A DNA stretch of 64,000 bases from an uncultured virus (IMG/VR IMGVR_UViG_3300008113_000102) (Duplodnaviria; Heunggongvirae; Uroviricota; Caudoviricetes): the IMG/VR virus record IMGVR_UViG_3300008113_000102; one strand, given 5' to 3'. Below are positions 49,621 through 59,905 of the stretch, piece after piece; the stretch's first letter is position 1, and every line of letters begins with the position of its first letter. Position numbers and translations under genes: made by a program. A model generated the notes under the pieces. It was given only the letters and a program-made list of their open reading frames with translations. It was not told the DNA's origin and ran no database searches.

Positions 49621-49884
49621 TTAATCTATAACTATAGAGCCATCTACATCAATTGTAATGGCATACTTGACACCAGTATTTGTAAGTAATTGAACTCCAT
49701 ACCAATCAGAACCGTTTCCGTAAATTGGTTGGATTAAATCACTTTCAGCATATAGAATATTAGCACTAGTCAAAGTTGCTGTGGTTGCATAAACTATTCT
49801 GGTTCCTTGTAAAACTCCAACATTATAAGCTTCTTGAGCTGTTGGATATGTATTTTTAGATAAAACGTATGCGTAACTTGCCAT
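49621..49884 (-). CDS. Small putative structural protein
   Basis: 87 aa ORF in the head module. Confidence 0.55.
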   Translation of the reverse strand: MASYAYVLSKNTYPTAQEAYNVGVLQGTRIVYATTATLTSANILYAESDLIQPIYGNGSDWYGVQLLTNTGVKYAITIDVDGSIVID

Positions 49885-49895
49885 TTTAATTTATT

Positions 49896-50243
49896 TTAAG
49901 CTATTTTTAAATATTTACCAATAATGCCAAATGCCACAATGCCACTTGCATTAATTGATGAAACGTCTGTTTTAGTAGTTAAATTAACACCTAGAACAGT
50001 AACCCAGTTAATTGGAACTTCTGGAGCTGGCAATAACTGACCTTCAATTGCACCATCATCATTCGTTGTGGTAAAATTAACTGCCGCAGAAGGAGTTACT
50101 ACTTGAACTACAGCTGAGTCCCAGCCAGATAAATCTTGGTAAAAACTACCATTAGCATTAAAAGAATCAGTTGCATCTACAACTGTACTAATTTTAGAAC
50201 TAAATTTTTGAAGTCTTATTAAGAGCTTGCTTACCGTTGCCAT
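49896..50243 (-). CDS. Small putative structural protein
   Basis: 115 aa ORF in the head module. Confidence 0.55.
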   Translation of the reverse strand: MATVSKLLIRLQKFSSKISTVVDATDSFNANGSFYQDLSGWDSAVVQVVTPSAAVNFTTTNDDGAIEGQLLPAPEVPINWVTVLGVNLTTKTDVSSINASGIVAFGIIGKYLKIA

Positions 50244-50262
50244 TTTATTTTATTTTATAGTT

Positions 50263-52680
50263 TTATTGTTGTGTTTCCATTTGTTCTTGTAATTCAGGTT
50301 CCATTTGTTGTTCTTCAGAACCTTGTTCCATTTCTTGCTGTTGCATTTGCTCCATTTGAGCTTGCTGTTGTTGAGCTAATGCTTGTTGTTGTTGTTGATT
50401 TTGAACAGCAATTGGGACGGTGACGTTCTGTAACATATTAGCAACTAATGTCTGAAGTTCTGCTGGTACAGGAATATTTGCTTTTGCAAGATCAAAAACA
50501 CCTTGTAAAATTATTTCCTTTTCCTTTGTTAAAGACTTTTGCTGTTCAAGAGAGCTATCTGCCTGCATCTTAGATTGAATACTCGCTTGTTGAGCTTCTG
50601 CATTTTGCTGAGAATTAACCATAGCTTTTTCTTGCTCGGTTTTTATAAATCTTTTTTGAGCTTGTCTAAAATACAATTCCCCAAGTTCTACATTTTCTTT
50701 AGCCATTCTCATTGCTTTAAATGGATCTAAGTAAATAACTAATTGAGGATTTGACGCAATAGCATTGTTCATCATTGCTTGCAATGTAGCAAGTTGAACG
50801 TCATCAGGCATCATTTTTATAGAAGCAACAAAATTTCTGTCCTTTACCTGCTCTTCCTTTAATAAATCGCTATATTTTTTAGCACCATGTGTAACACTTT
50901 TATTTATTAAACAAGCCACCTTTTTAGCAGTTTCTTCCATTACATAGATATATGCATCATACATATATTCAGTAGCGTTATTTGCTAAAACTCTTGAAGC
51001 CTCAATATTAGAAGCAGCCACTCTTGGTTGTGCAGCTTGGTTCATTAAATTAGGATCTTCACCTAATTCATCTTTTAATACTTGATAATGGAATTGATAT
51101 AACTGAATTAAAGCTTGTAATTGAGGAGAAAAACCTGTATTAGCTAATTCTGTAATTGGAACAGGAATACGATTACCTTCAGCATCTCTACCGCGATAAT
51201 AAAGTTTACCTGTTTGTTCCCATATCTTTTGAACATCAATAGGCTTTACAGAATCACCTAAACCTAAGTCAAGCTCCTGTAATGCGTCAACATCAATTGC
51301 CGCACCTGCCGGTACCATTTTAGCTACAAGTTGTTGTATCTTTAATCTAGCTAAAATCATTTGTTCAATAGGCTCTTCAATTTTTTCTGGTACAGCTACG
51401 TTACGCATGTCATAAGGATCATACATATAAAAGCTATAAGAAAATTCTGCGTTGCCTATTTCTTTTGGATCTTGTGGACGAATCATGTTTTTCTTAATTC
51501 CCCAATGAATCATTGTTTGAGTAACTGGGCAATAAACACCATGATAAATATTCCACTTTTTCTCTTCTAAATATTCTTGATTTTCATCTAATTTTTCTGG
51601 CTTACCTTTTTTGATAATAGTGCTACCATTCTTTTTAGTTTTAGTAACAGTATAACCATCAGAATCTAATGTGCGAATTTCAAAATTAACTAAATCAATA
51701 TTCCACTCATCATAAGGTCTTAGCCAAGCGACATTCCAATCTTGCATCCACTTAATCTTATCAGTAAGTTGATACTCTTTTGATGATTGAGCTAATTGAA
51801 ATATATCTTCTTCAGAAAGTGTACCCCCTGCTGCTTTACTATATCTTGCTCTTACTTCACTAATCTTCATTGAAAGAATGTGACCTCTATAAGTCGTATC
51901 TCTAAAATCAGGGAAATCAGAATATGAATAAATAGCATTTTCAGGTCTAATCCATTGAACATGAACTTCACCTTCTTCATCCATCCAAGTATATGTACAA
52001 ACTAATCCAACCTCAGCTGAATCATGCAATAATCTTTGTTTCAAAACATCGTTCCAGCCATTGGCTTCAAAAACATTATTACAACCAATGCTGTATAATA
52101 TTTCTTCTGGCAAATGATTGAACTCCATTATCCATTGATCTAATTCATCTTTATCTTCTGCAACAAATGTATCTTTAGGAATAATTTCAACACCAGATTC
52201 TTGCTGTAATTGAGCAAGAGTTTCTTTATTTCTGTATAAAAATTCTGCCTCATCTGCTTGTCTTTGTTTTAACATTGCAGATGCGGTGTCATTAGCATTA
52301 ACTGTAATTTTTTCTCTACGACTCATCCAAGAACCAACCAACCTAGCAACAATAGTATTACCAATAATAATTGATTTCCAGTTTATATTTACAAAATTGG
52401 CTTTGCCATTCATTTCCAATCGGTCCATAAACACACTCATGTCTACTTTACCGTTAGCAATTTGTCTGTTTTTTCTAAATCTATTGTTTCTTAACCAAAA
52501 ATAAGTTTGGTTACCATAAATTGTAGAATAGATATTTTGGGCAACGTTTTTACCGTATAAATAATCTTTTTTAGACGCTACATCAGTAGTAATTTGGAAG
52601 TCTTTAAGCGACTGTCCACTACTATTTGCCGAGGATATGTATAAAGGACTCTCTGCCAATTTGAATATATTTTGTGTCAA
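50263..52680 (-). CDS. Portal protein (start probably TTG 52659)
   Basis: About 800 aa directly after terminase, Gln-rich C-terminus; a promoter element overlaps the track start. Confidence 0.8.
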   Translation of the reverse strand: MTQNIFKLAESPLYISSANSSGQSLKDFQITTDVASKKDYLYGKNVAQNIYSTIYGNQTYFWLRNNRFRKNRQIANGKVDMSVFMDRLEMNGKANFVNINWKSIIIGNTIVARLVGSWMSRREKITVNANDTASAMLKQRQADEAEFLYRNKETLAQLQQESGVEIIPKDTFVAEDKDELDQWIMEFNHLPEEILYSIGCNNVFEANGWNDVLKQRLLHDSAEVGLVCTYTWMDEEGEVHVQWIRPENAIYSYSDFPDFRDTTYRGHILSMKISEVRARYSKAAGGTLSEEDIFQLAQSSKEYQLTDKIKWMQDWNVAWLRPYDEWNIDLVNFEIRTLDSDGYTVTKTKKNGSTIIKKGKPEKLDENQEYLEEKKWNIYHGVYCPVTQTMIHWGIKKNMIRPQDPKEIGNAEFSYSFYMYDPYDMRNVAVPEKIEEPIEQMILARLKIQQLVAKMVPAGAAIDVDALQELDLGLGDSVKPIDVQKIWEQTGKLYYRGRDAEGNRIPVPITELANTGFSPQLQALIQLYQFHYQVLKDELGEDPNLMNQAAQPRVAASNIEASRVLANNATEYMYDAYIYVMEETAKKVACLINKSVTHGAKKYSDLLKEEQVKDRNFVASIKMMPDDVQLATLQAMMNNAIASNPQLVIYLDPFKAMRMAKENVELGELYFRQAQKRFIKTEQEKAMVNSQQNAEAQQASIQSKMQADSSLEQQKSLTKEKEIILQGVFDLAKANIPVPAELQTLVANMLQNVTVPIAVQNQQQQQALAQQQQAQMEQMQQQEMEQGSEEQQMEPELQEQMETQQ

Positions 52681-52716
52681 ATATACTAAATCTCCAGAAT
52701 TTAATAAAAATTTTAA

Positions 52717-54765
52717 TTAATTAAAAGAAGGAACATAGCTTTTTACCAAAGGTTCTCTTTTAGGAGGCTTAATAACAGGTTCCATTAAACAAACTATAAG
52801 CATCAAAAAAGAAACGGTAATATCATAGTCTGTTCTGTTATTTGGATCAAATTTTTTGGCATCCTCTAATAAATTCTCAAAATCTATAGAATCAATATGT
52901 GATTCAAAATACATAATTCCTACATCAGCTTGTTTTGTAAGGCTAAATGGGGTAGTAGGAAAACCCTTATACCTCTCAGCTGTTTCTCTTTTTGCAGGAT
53001 CAATTGTAGAAATTGGATAAGAACCTAAATAACCAACTCTACCCCTTTCCCTAAAATATGAAAGATAATCATCACTATTATGTTCATACCAAGCTTGATA
53101 ACCGTAATATTCTGCTGCTAAAAGCACCTGTTCATGTAGCGTTTCTTTAATATGGGGCCTACCATATAGATGACCTATTGCCTTACCGGTATTTGAAGGA
53201 TCTAATAAGTTATATCTTCTGCCAATCCAAGCCGATGCTTTTGAACCAAATTTACCGCCCTGACTATTACTGTATCCATCAATTGCAATAGCGCCATCAT
53301 CTGTTCTACCGGGTTTTTTTGTTCTAATATCAAACACATGACTGTTCTCTTTTCCAACAGGTGGAAATTGAGTGATAACCCAATGAAAATCTTCCTCTTT
53401 ATCGTTTATGTTTCTCCATTTTACCGTTTGGTCAATATCTCTATAAAATATAACATGCCTTTTTAATACCGGATTTTCTTTTAAATACGACTCTCTTGCT
53501 GCTATATTCATTACATTAAATATGCATCCATCGGCATCTGTACTAAATGCCTCATCAATCGTTAATGGCTCTTTTCTAATACGAGCCGATAATGCTCTTG
53601 GGTTGTTTTTAACCGTTTCCCTATCTGCTTCAATTTGCAAAAAAGTCTTTTCTTCATCTGGAAAACCAAAATCATCAAAGTTTCTTGTTCTTTTTGCAGA
53701 CATGAAAAATCTATACAACCCACTAGATGTATTACCATTGTCTTGTCTTTTCTCCTGATTACTTTCTTCCCAAAGTAGCTTAAATGCCTCTTGAACACCA
53801 TCTTTTTCAGACGTAAGCTTCTCTACGGTAGTTGTATATAAAGCCTTACCAATAACCTTACCTTCATCATCCAGTAAACAATAACGAACAACCTCATGTC
53901 TGTCATAAACGTTTACTTCTGTTGTTTTACCGCACTCATCCGCAACATACCTATGCAACTTCTGTCCATCATAAGCTACCGTATCGGCAGACTGGTGGTC
54001 AATAACCGAACCAAGTTCATCTTTATCTACATTATCCTCTGCCTTCTTACCTCTTACGTTTGTCTTTTGGAAACGCATTTCTGACTTTGGATTAACACCC
54101 AAAGACATATCGTACTCAGGTCTAAAGAATTTAGGAAGCCTTCTGAATGGATTTACAACCGTCTTTGCAAAGAATTTCTTGGCATCAGATCCTGTTTTAG
54201 ACTGAATACCTCCATTTGTCATTTTGGTTCTGGTAGTATATTCTGTAACAAACAAACCAGCCACAAAGGACTTACCAAAACGTCTTTTTGTAACCTCCAA
54301 CATTCCCATACATAATGGATCCTGTATGCAATAGTCCATAAAATAAAACTTCTCTAAATCCGGAATCCTGAATTTAGGATAACCAATATCTATACTCCAC
54401 CATTGCAAATACAAGTAATGCATACCTGTTAAAAAGGTAGGCTTACCATTATTCATGTACCAAAAGCCATTCAATCTTCTATCCCACTCCTGTTTCTTAA
54501 ACTCCTCTAATTTTTCATCATAAAATTCTGGAGCATCATCTTTTTTCTTCTTATCGTATTCATCCCATTCTTTCATGGTATCAGCATACCAGCTTGGAAG
54601 CGGTATTCTTTTCCAATATTGCTCAGTTTGAATATCGGACCTTTGGTAAATACCCCTATACTCAACCTGTTTGGTCAATATATTAAAAACATAACCTTCT
54701 GGTGGGAGATTACAATCTAATCCCTGAATGTGAATCGTGGAACCTTTTTCAATTTTTTCGTACAT
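52717..54765 (-). CDS. terL: Terminase large subunit
   Basis: KRRFGKS Walker A, YVADECGK Walker B, nuclease aspartates (AIDGY, YDITVS). Confidence 0.9.
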   Translation of the reverse strand: MYEKIEKGSTIHIQGLDCNLPPEGYVFNILTKQVEYRGIYQRSDIQTEQYWKRIPLPSWYADTMKEWDEYDKKKKDDAPEFYDEKLEEFKKQEWDRRLNGFWYMNNGKPTFLTGMHYLYLQWWSIDIGYPKFRIPDLEKFYFMDYCIQDPLCMGMLEVTKRRFGKSFVAGLFVTEYTTRTKMTNGGIQSKTGSDAKKFFAKTVVNPFRRLPKFFRPEYDMSLGVNPKSEMRFQKTNVRGKKAEDNVDKDELGSVIDHQSADTVAYDGQKLHRYVADECGKTTEVNVYDRHEVVRYCLLDDEGKVIGKALYTTTVEKLTSEKDGVQEAFKLLWEESNQEKRQDNGNTSSGLYRFFMSAKRTRNFDDFGFPDEEKTFLQIEADRETVKNNPRALSARIRKEPLTIDEAFSTDADGCIFNVMNIAARESYLKENPVLKRHVIFYRDIDQTVKWRNINDKEEDFHWVITQFPPVGKENSHVFDIRTKKPGRTDDGAIAIDGYSNSQGGKFGSKASAWIGRRYNLLDPSNTGKAIGHLYGRPHIKETLHEQVLLAAEYYGYQAWYEHNSDDYLSYFRERGRVGYLGSYPISTIDPAKRETAERYKGFPTTPFSLTKQADVGIMYFESHIDSIDFENLLEDAKKFDPNNRTDYDITVSFLMLIVCLMEPVIKPPKREPLVKSYVPSFN

Positions 54766-54766
54766 A

Positions 54767-55153
54767 CTATGAGCGTTTGCCTGCTAATTCACCTATTTCA
54801 TCAGCAACACTTTCTGGTGAAAATGGTCTTTTATTTATTACGACAGCCTCTTTTTTGCTTTCTTTTCCTTCTTGGTTTATGCCTGCGGATATTTCTAATG
54901 CCCTAATAGACTCAGTAATTGTGCCAGCTTCGGACCAAAGCTTCTGCAATCTTTCAAATGACTTATCTTTTGGATCAATCAATTCAATATCTAGCAAATT
55001 AATCCTATTAAGCAATTCTGCCATCTCATTAGCCTTTCTTTGCAAGCTATAATAAAGCTTAATTGCCCCATCTTGCTCATAATAAGCCAATTTGCCACTT
55101 AAATAGGCATTTGATTTTTCTAATTCTTTTACCTTTTGCTCTAATTCAGACAT
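54767..55153 (-). CDS. Putative terminase small subunit
   Basis: Helical 128 aa ORF immediately upstream of the large subunit. Confidence 0.5.
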   Translation of the reverse strand: MSELEQKVKELEKSNAYLSGKLAYYEQDGAIKLYYSLQRKANEMAELLNRINLLDIELIDPKDKSFERLQKLWSEAGTITESIRALEISAGINQEGKESKKEAVVINKRPFSPESVADEIGELAGKRS

Positions 55154-55839
55154 ACTACATTTGGTGTTGATATTGTTACCAATTTTGATGCATCAGAAAC
55201 TCCATACCCAATTAAAAATTCATTATTAATAACTCTTGTTGTTAAGTCATGGTCAATAGCAATTACTTCATTTCTTTCATGCCCCTCTGGATAATATCTA
55301 AATCTAATTATTTTACCCTCTGTTCCATCATCATTCTGGTAAATAATCTCGTAGTCACTTGATATTAAAGTAGTTACAACCTTACCTGTAAGCTCACCAC
55401 TTGTAACATAAATCTTATTTTTTATTAAAGTAGGAGGTATACCTTCTAGTGGACCATTGTACGGCTGGAATATTCTTAACCCAGTAACAAAATTATTTAA
55501 CGGCTGCCATGGTTTACTTTGACCATCTCTCCATAAAAAACATTCTTCAATAGGTATTGAAAAATACTGAATATCTGAAGATGCTTCAGCTGTTGGTCTT
55601 AGGTAATTAAAAAGCTTGTATGTATCGTGTGTAGCATTATGATGTATCAATATCTCAGCACCTTCTGGTATATCTTTAGCTGCTACAACTGTTGCATTTA
55701 CTGGCTTTACATAACGCATATTAAAGTTATCATAAACTCTTTCCAACTTGATTTTAGTGCCATCTTTAAAAGTATGGCTGTTTTTACTTTCTAAATCTAC
55801 TTTAATAATAACTCTATTTGACGGAGCAATTAATTTCAT
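55141..55839 (-). CDS. Phage protein with possible GroES-like fold
   Basis: ATVVA...GAEILIHHN; upstream of terminase. Confidence 0.5.
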   Translation of the reverse strand: MKLIAPSNRVIIKVDLESKNSHTFKDGTKIKLERVYDNFNMRYVKPVNATVVAAKDIPEGAEILIHHNATHDTYKLFNYLRPTAEASSDIQYFSIPIEECFLWRDGQSKPWQPLNNFVTGLRIFQPYNGPLEGIPPTLIKNKIYVTSGELTGKVVTTLISSDYEIIYQNDDGTEGKIIRFRYYPEGHERNEVIAIDHDLTTRVINNEFLIGYGVSDASKLVTISTPNVVCLN

Positions 55840-55963
55840 ATTTAATTAATTTAATACAAATGTAGAACTAATTTAATTAATTTAATACTTTTTTTTAAAA
55901 TAAAAATTACTAAATTTTAAGTATATTTGTTGAAACAATTTATAAACAATAAAATAAAAAAAA

Positions 55964-56317
55964 ATGGCAAATCATGTATCGGTTTATGTTTATCGTAGAA
56001 ATCAATACGATTTAACAAACGCAAATGGAACACCTGCAACAAATGGTGTATTATTTTCTTTACCAACAGCCAACTTACAGGTTCAACCTTCTACGGTTGT
56101 GGCGAATGGTGTTCAAATGAACTCATTAATTCTCATTTACCCTAGTGGTCTTAATCAACCTGCTGAAAAATTATACAGTGACGCAACTGTTGCTGGTTTA
56201 ATTGCAGCTATTAATGGCGGTGGAATCCAAACTACAACCACAACCACTACAACTGCTGCTCCAACCACTACAACTACTACAGCAGCTCCTACAACCACAA
56301 CAACAACAGCAGCTTAA
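55964..56317 (+). CDS. Putative virion decoration protein with Thr-rich tail
   Basis: Paralog of the next ORF; ends in TTTTTTTTAAPTTTTTTAAPTTTTTTAA. Confidence 0.65.
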   Translation: MANHVSVYVYRRNQYDLTNANGTPATNGVLFSLPTANLQVQPSTVVANGVQMNSLILIYPSGLNQPAEKLYSDATVAGLIAAINGGGIQTTTTTTTTAAPTTTTTTAAPTTTTTTAA

Positions 56318-56351
56318 CCAAAAATTTAAAAACAAATAAAAACATTATAAA

Positions 56352-56615
56352 ATGGCACAAATAGTATCAATTACTGCATATCAAAGAAATCAATATGCTT
56401 TATTAAACCCAAATGGAACTCCAGCAACATCTGGTATTGCTTACGGATTCCCAGTTGAAGGATTTGTAGCTTACCCAGCTCCTTCTGGAACAGTAGCAAA
56501 CGGAGTAACTATGAACTCAATTGTTGAAGTAGCTCCAACAGGACTAAATCAAGTACCTGTTTACTTCTACACAAATGCCACTGTAGCGCAAATTAATGCA
56601 GCTGCAAACGCTTAA
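56352..56615 (+). CDS. Paralog of 55964..56317 without the Thr tail
   Basis: Shared RNQY.L...NGTPAT.G, VANGV.MNS, GLNQ, ATVA. Confidence 0.7.
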   Translation: MAQIVSITAYQRNQYALLNPNGTPATSGIAYGFPVEGFVAYPAPSGTVANGVTMNSIVEVAPTGLNQVPVYFYTNATVAQINAAANA

Positions 56616-56622
56616 ATAAATT

Positions 56623-56650
56623 AGGCCCCTATTTTTTAGGGGCTTTTTTA
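56623..56650 (+). terminator. Intrinsic terminator
   Basis: GCCCCTA-TTTTT-TAGGGGC-TTTTTT. Confidence 0.8.
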
Positions 56651-56774
56651 TTTTCTTTATATACTGTTTTTAGATTTTTGTAGATTCTTTCTGCATCATC
56701 AATAGTCTTGCCTGAACCGGCAGCTAGAGCAACAGATAATCTTCTTAGTTTTTTGGCGGCCTTGTTATTCATAT

Positions 56775-57041
56775 TTAGTATGTATTTATAAAAATTGGTG
56801 TTTGTTCTCCAACATAAGTGTTGAAACAATTGTATTCTAAAAATTCCCAAGCATCTTCTTCGGTCATTTCAGGATCCATATTCAATAATAAATCAACCAT
56901 AATCTCTTTAGAATATACAAGTTGACCATTATCGGTTAATCCAAGAATAGCTTTATCATAACCGTCTTTGTTTCCATCAAACCCATCAGGTTTTAATGCC
57001 AAACATTCTTCGGCAGTTTGTAAAATTAATTCCAAATCCAT
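56775..57041 (-). CDS. Hypothetical phage protein
   Basis: DGYDKAILG...EEDAWEFLEYN...YVGEQTPIF. Confidence 0.75.
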   Translation of the reverse strand: MDLELILQTAEECLALKPDGFDGNKDGYDKAILGLTDNGQLVYSKEIMVDLLLNMDPEMTEEDAWEFLEYNCFNTYVGEQTPIFINTY

Positions 57042-57051
57042 GTTTTAGTTT

Positions 57052-57174
57052 TTATCTCCCCTGACCTCTATATTCTTTAGGTTTAGGAGTGTGTTTGTTA
57101 TAGGTTTTTTTTGCGCTTCCTGTCTTTCTTTTACCGAATGAAATTTTTCTTGAATCGGATTTAACTTTCGCCAT
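57052..57174 (-). CDS. Small basic peptide (40 aa, not in track)
   Basis: MAKVKSDSRKISFGKRKTG...YRGQGR*. Confidence 0.55.
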   Translation of the reverse strand: MAKVKSDSRKISFGKRKTGSAKKTYNKHTPKPKEYRGQGR

Positions 57175-57448
57175 TTTGATGTTTTTTAAGGATTAATTGG
57201 TACGAATATAAACCATTTCCTTCATATCTTTTATTCAAGGTATGGCCACCAAATTTTTCTTTTCTAAAATCCCTTAATCCAGCAGAAACTGATGCTTCAG
57301 GAACACCTATAAATTTAGATATTTCCCCAAGCGTCCTGTATACACTATCTTTCATAAGTTCTTTTAACTTGAAATGGTTGTTGGCCAACCTTTGATAATC
57401 CCTTTCCTTAACATAATCAGCGCCATCAAATTGTAACTGTTGTTGCAT
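57161..57448 (-). CDS. HTH-like protein
   Basis: RTLGEISKFIGVPEASVSAGLRDFRK. Confidence 0.6.
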   Translation of the reverse strand: MQQQLQFDGADYVKERDYQRLANNHFKLKELMKDSVYRTLGEISKFIGVPEASVSAGLRDFRKEKFGGHTLNKRYEGNGLYSYQLILKKHQNGES

Positions 57449-57452
57449 AGTA

Positions 57453-57677
57453 TTACTTTTTATTTTTAAAATAATCTAGGTCAATATTTCCTCCGTCCAT
57501 TTTATTTGGGTAGACGATAATGTCGGTGTCGTAAAAGTTCCGCACGATACCACTGTCGTGTAATATGACTTTCCAAACAGTATTGATTTCACTTCCATAA
57601 TCAATCCATGCGATTGCTTTTCCTTTTCCGAGTGGTGTATGGACATCTATAATATTTTTTAATTCATGAATATACAT
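57453..57677 (-). CDS. Hypothetical protein
   Basis: VHTPLGKG.AIAWIDYG. Confidence 0.7.
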   Translation of the reverse strand: MYIHELKNIIDVHTPLGKGKAIAWIDYGSEINTVWKVILHDSGIVRNFYDTDIIVYPNKMDGGNIDLDYFKNKK

Positions 57678-58015
57678 TAAAATGGGGCTTCCTCTTGTTT
57701 ACCAGAAAGCAGTTGCAATGTAGCTACTCTTGCGTGTAATTGAGCAATTGTTTCGTTAGTGTTAGCATTTGTATAATTCTTTGCTTCTGGTTTACCTTCC
57801 ATGTAAATCAAAGTCCCTTTCTTTAAATAACTAGCAACATTGATTTTTTCGGTCCAATATGCACATGAAATCCAAGTTGTTTTATCAACTTCTTGACCAT
57901 CTTGCTTCTTAAACTTTTCACTGTAAGCCATTGAGAAATTAATCACCGTCTTACCATTTACATTGTTTACTACTGCATCTTGACCTAATCTTCCGATTAC
58001 TGAAATTCTAATCAT
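57677..58015 (-). CDS. ssb: Single-stranded DNA-binding protein
   Basis: IGRLGQDA...TTWISC...YLKKGTLIYMEGK; acidic tail ending in PF. Confidence 0.93.
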   Translation of the reverse strand: MIRISVIGRLGQDAVVNNVNGKTVINFSMAYSEKFKKQDGQEVDKTTWISCAYWTEKINVASYLKKGTLIYMEGKPEAKNYTNANTNETIAQLHARVATLQLLSGKQEEAPF

Positions 58016-58035
58016 TGTTTTGTTTTTTATAATTA

Positions 58036-59901
58036 TTAAAATATTACTTCTTCTCCGTTTTCATCTTGGTATGGAAGCCAAGCTTGACTTGCTTCTTTTC
58101 TTTTCCAAAATTCATAATTCTTTTTATTTAACATCTCTTGTATAAAATCCCTTCCTTCAATAAAAAATCTCCTTCTTTCCCAAACATATTCAACTAACAT
58201 AAAACCTTTTCTACCAACGCTTTTCTTTTTAATCTTTTTTGAATGAAATTCTGCTAAAGGATTATTAGGATCCGTTTGTGCAAATGGTCTATGATAAACT
58301 AATATATTATCCATTTTATTATTCCACATTGCGCCATCAGCTACATCAAAAACATCAGGACATTTATAGTTACCTGTCTTATCTCTTTCCATTAATTTAG
58401 GATGCGCAATTACCCAGAAATATACATCATTTTTCTTTGCAAATCTTGAAAAGTCAGCCAATAATGTTTCAAGGTATTTATCTGTTCTCCCACCAAATCC
58501 TTTGTAATCATTTGTCATCTGATTGAACGGATCAATACAACAAAAATCAACCTTCTCTTGCACAATCAATTCAAGAAACTTCTCCTTAATATACTGGGGG
58601 GTAGGGGAAAGCATTTCTGCGCTGATGTAAAAAATGTGTTTAGATATGAAATCATAAGCAGCTTCATAAACCTCGTTTGATGGTCTATTTGGATTAAATG
58701 GGGTACACTCACAGCCCAATAACATCTCAACATAATCATGAAAATATTCTTCAGCTGGTGTATCTTCAGGTGAGAAAGTAGCAATCTTCTCCCCAAACAT
58801 TATAATTCTTCCTAAAATCTGTGATTTCTGCCAAGCGGTCTTTCCGTAGTTACCAATACCGGTCAATAGTGTTATTTCTCCTCTTTTTGGCTTGAACAAA
58901 TAATCAAGCTCAGGTATACCAACCCCCATAATCTTCTCAAACCCTTTTTCGTTTATTGACAAAGCCCTATCCTTAACATCAATACCATAAACCACATCCT
59001 CAATCCTATAATTCTCACCGTTTTCTTCTGTAAATTCACGCTTTACATCAATCTCATAATTAGTTTCTTTACTAACCAACTTCTCTTTCTGTATGGAAGC
59101 CGTTCCAAAATTGTTCCTATTTGCCCTATATCCGCTCTTTACGGCACTTTTCATCTCCGACATGGTAAAGTCATTGCTGACGGTGTATTCTGCCGAAATT
59201 AGGCCTAATGCAGCGTTTTCATCAATACCGAAACGGCAACATGCGGATGCTAATTTGAAAATATATGTATTTCGCTCTCCTGTAACAAAAGCATCGTTCT
59301 TATTCGTAAGCCATTTTAATATTCTACGAAAGTTTTCGGAGTCATCTACATTCTGGTTCTCGGTTACGGTTATCTTCTCAATTTTCTTAGCCTTTGCAAA
59401 CACAGCAGCCTTATCGTTTACATAAATTTCAGGATCAAAGCTTTCGTAACAAACCCTACTTACATTGATTCCACTCCTGTCAATCTCAGGAAATACTTCC
59501 TGTAAAGACTGAAAATGCTCTCTATGCTTTGAACCGTCAGCTATTTTTACCAATGCTTTTAACCCATTACCAGATGGACTAACCCAACAAGCATACACAA
59601 AATCGTGTGAAATTATATCGGTTTGCTTATCCCTTAATTCAGATATGTCATCAAAATCAAGCACAATGAAACCACTATGCTCAATAAGCTGCTCATCTTT
59701 CCTGTCATTACCAAATTTACCACTAAAGCAAACTGAAGGTAAATTTAACTTAATCTTATTAGCCTTTTCCTTGTCAAGAGTATTCCTGATTTCGGTAACC
59801 AGTTCCTTACTTGAACCAGATTTAATTCTTTCTAAAGCTTTTTCAATTGTGATAAAGTGAGGTTCCTTGCTAAAAATGTTTTTAAAAATAGTAGCTATCA
59901 T
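58036..59901 (-). CDS. Primase-helicase (VirE-N-like primase, PriCT, SF4 helicase)
   Basis: LDFD, SPSGNGLK, GERN; GIGNYGKT Walker A, IDPFN, IAHP. Confidence 0.88.
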   Translation of the reverse strand: MIATIFKNIFSKEPHFITIEKALERIKSGSSKELVTEIRNTLDKEKANKIKLNLPSVCFSGKFGNDRKDEQLIEHSGFIVLDFDDISELRDKQTDIISHDFVYACWVSPSGNGLKALVKIADGSKHREHFQSLQEVFPEIDRSGINVSRVCYESFDPEIYVNDKAAVFAKAKKIEKITVTENQNVDDSENFRRILKWLTNKNDAFVTGERNTYIFKLASACCRFGIDENAALGLISAEYTVSNDFTMSEMKSAVKSGYRANRNNFGTASIQKEKLVSKETNYEIDVKREFTEENGENYRIEDVVYGIDVKDRALSINEKGFEKIMGVGIPELDYLFKPKRGEITLLTGIGNYGKTAWQKSQILGRIIMFGEKIATFSPEDTPAEEYFHDYVEMLLGCECTPFNPNRPSNEVYEAAYDFISKHIFYISAEMLSPTPQYIKEKFLELIVQEKVDFCCIDPFNQMTNDYKGFGGRTDKYLETLLADFSRFAKKNDVYFWVIAHPKLMERDKTGNYKCPDVFDVADGAMWNNKMDNILVYHRPFAQTDPNNPLAEFHSKKIKKKSVGRKGFMLVEYVWERRRFFIEGRDFIQEMLNKKNYEFWKRKEASQAWLPYQDENGEEVIF

Positions 59902-59905
59902 CGTA

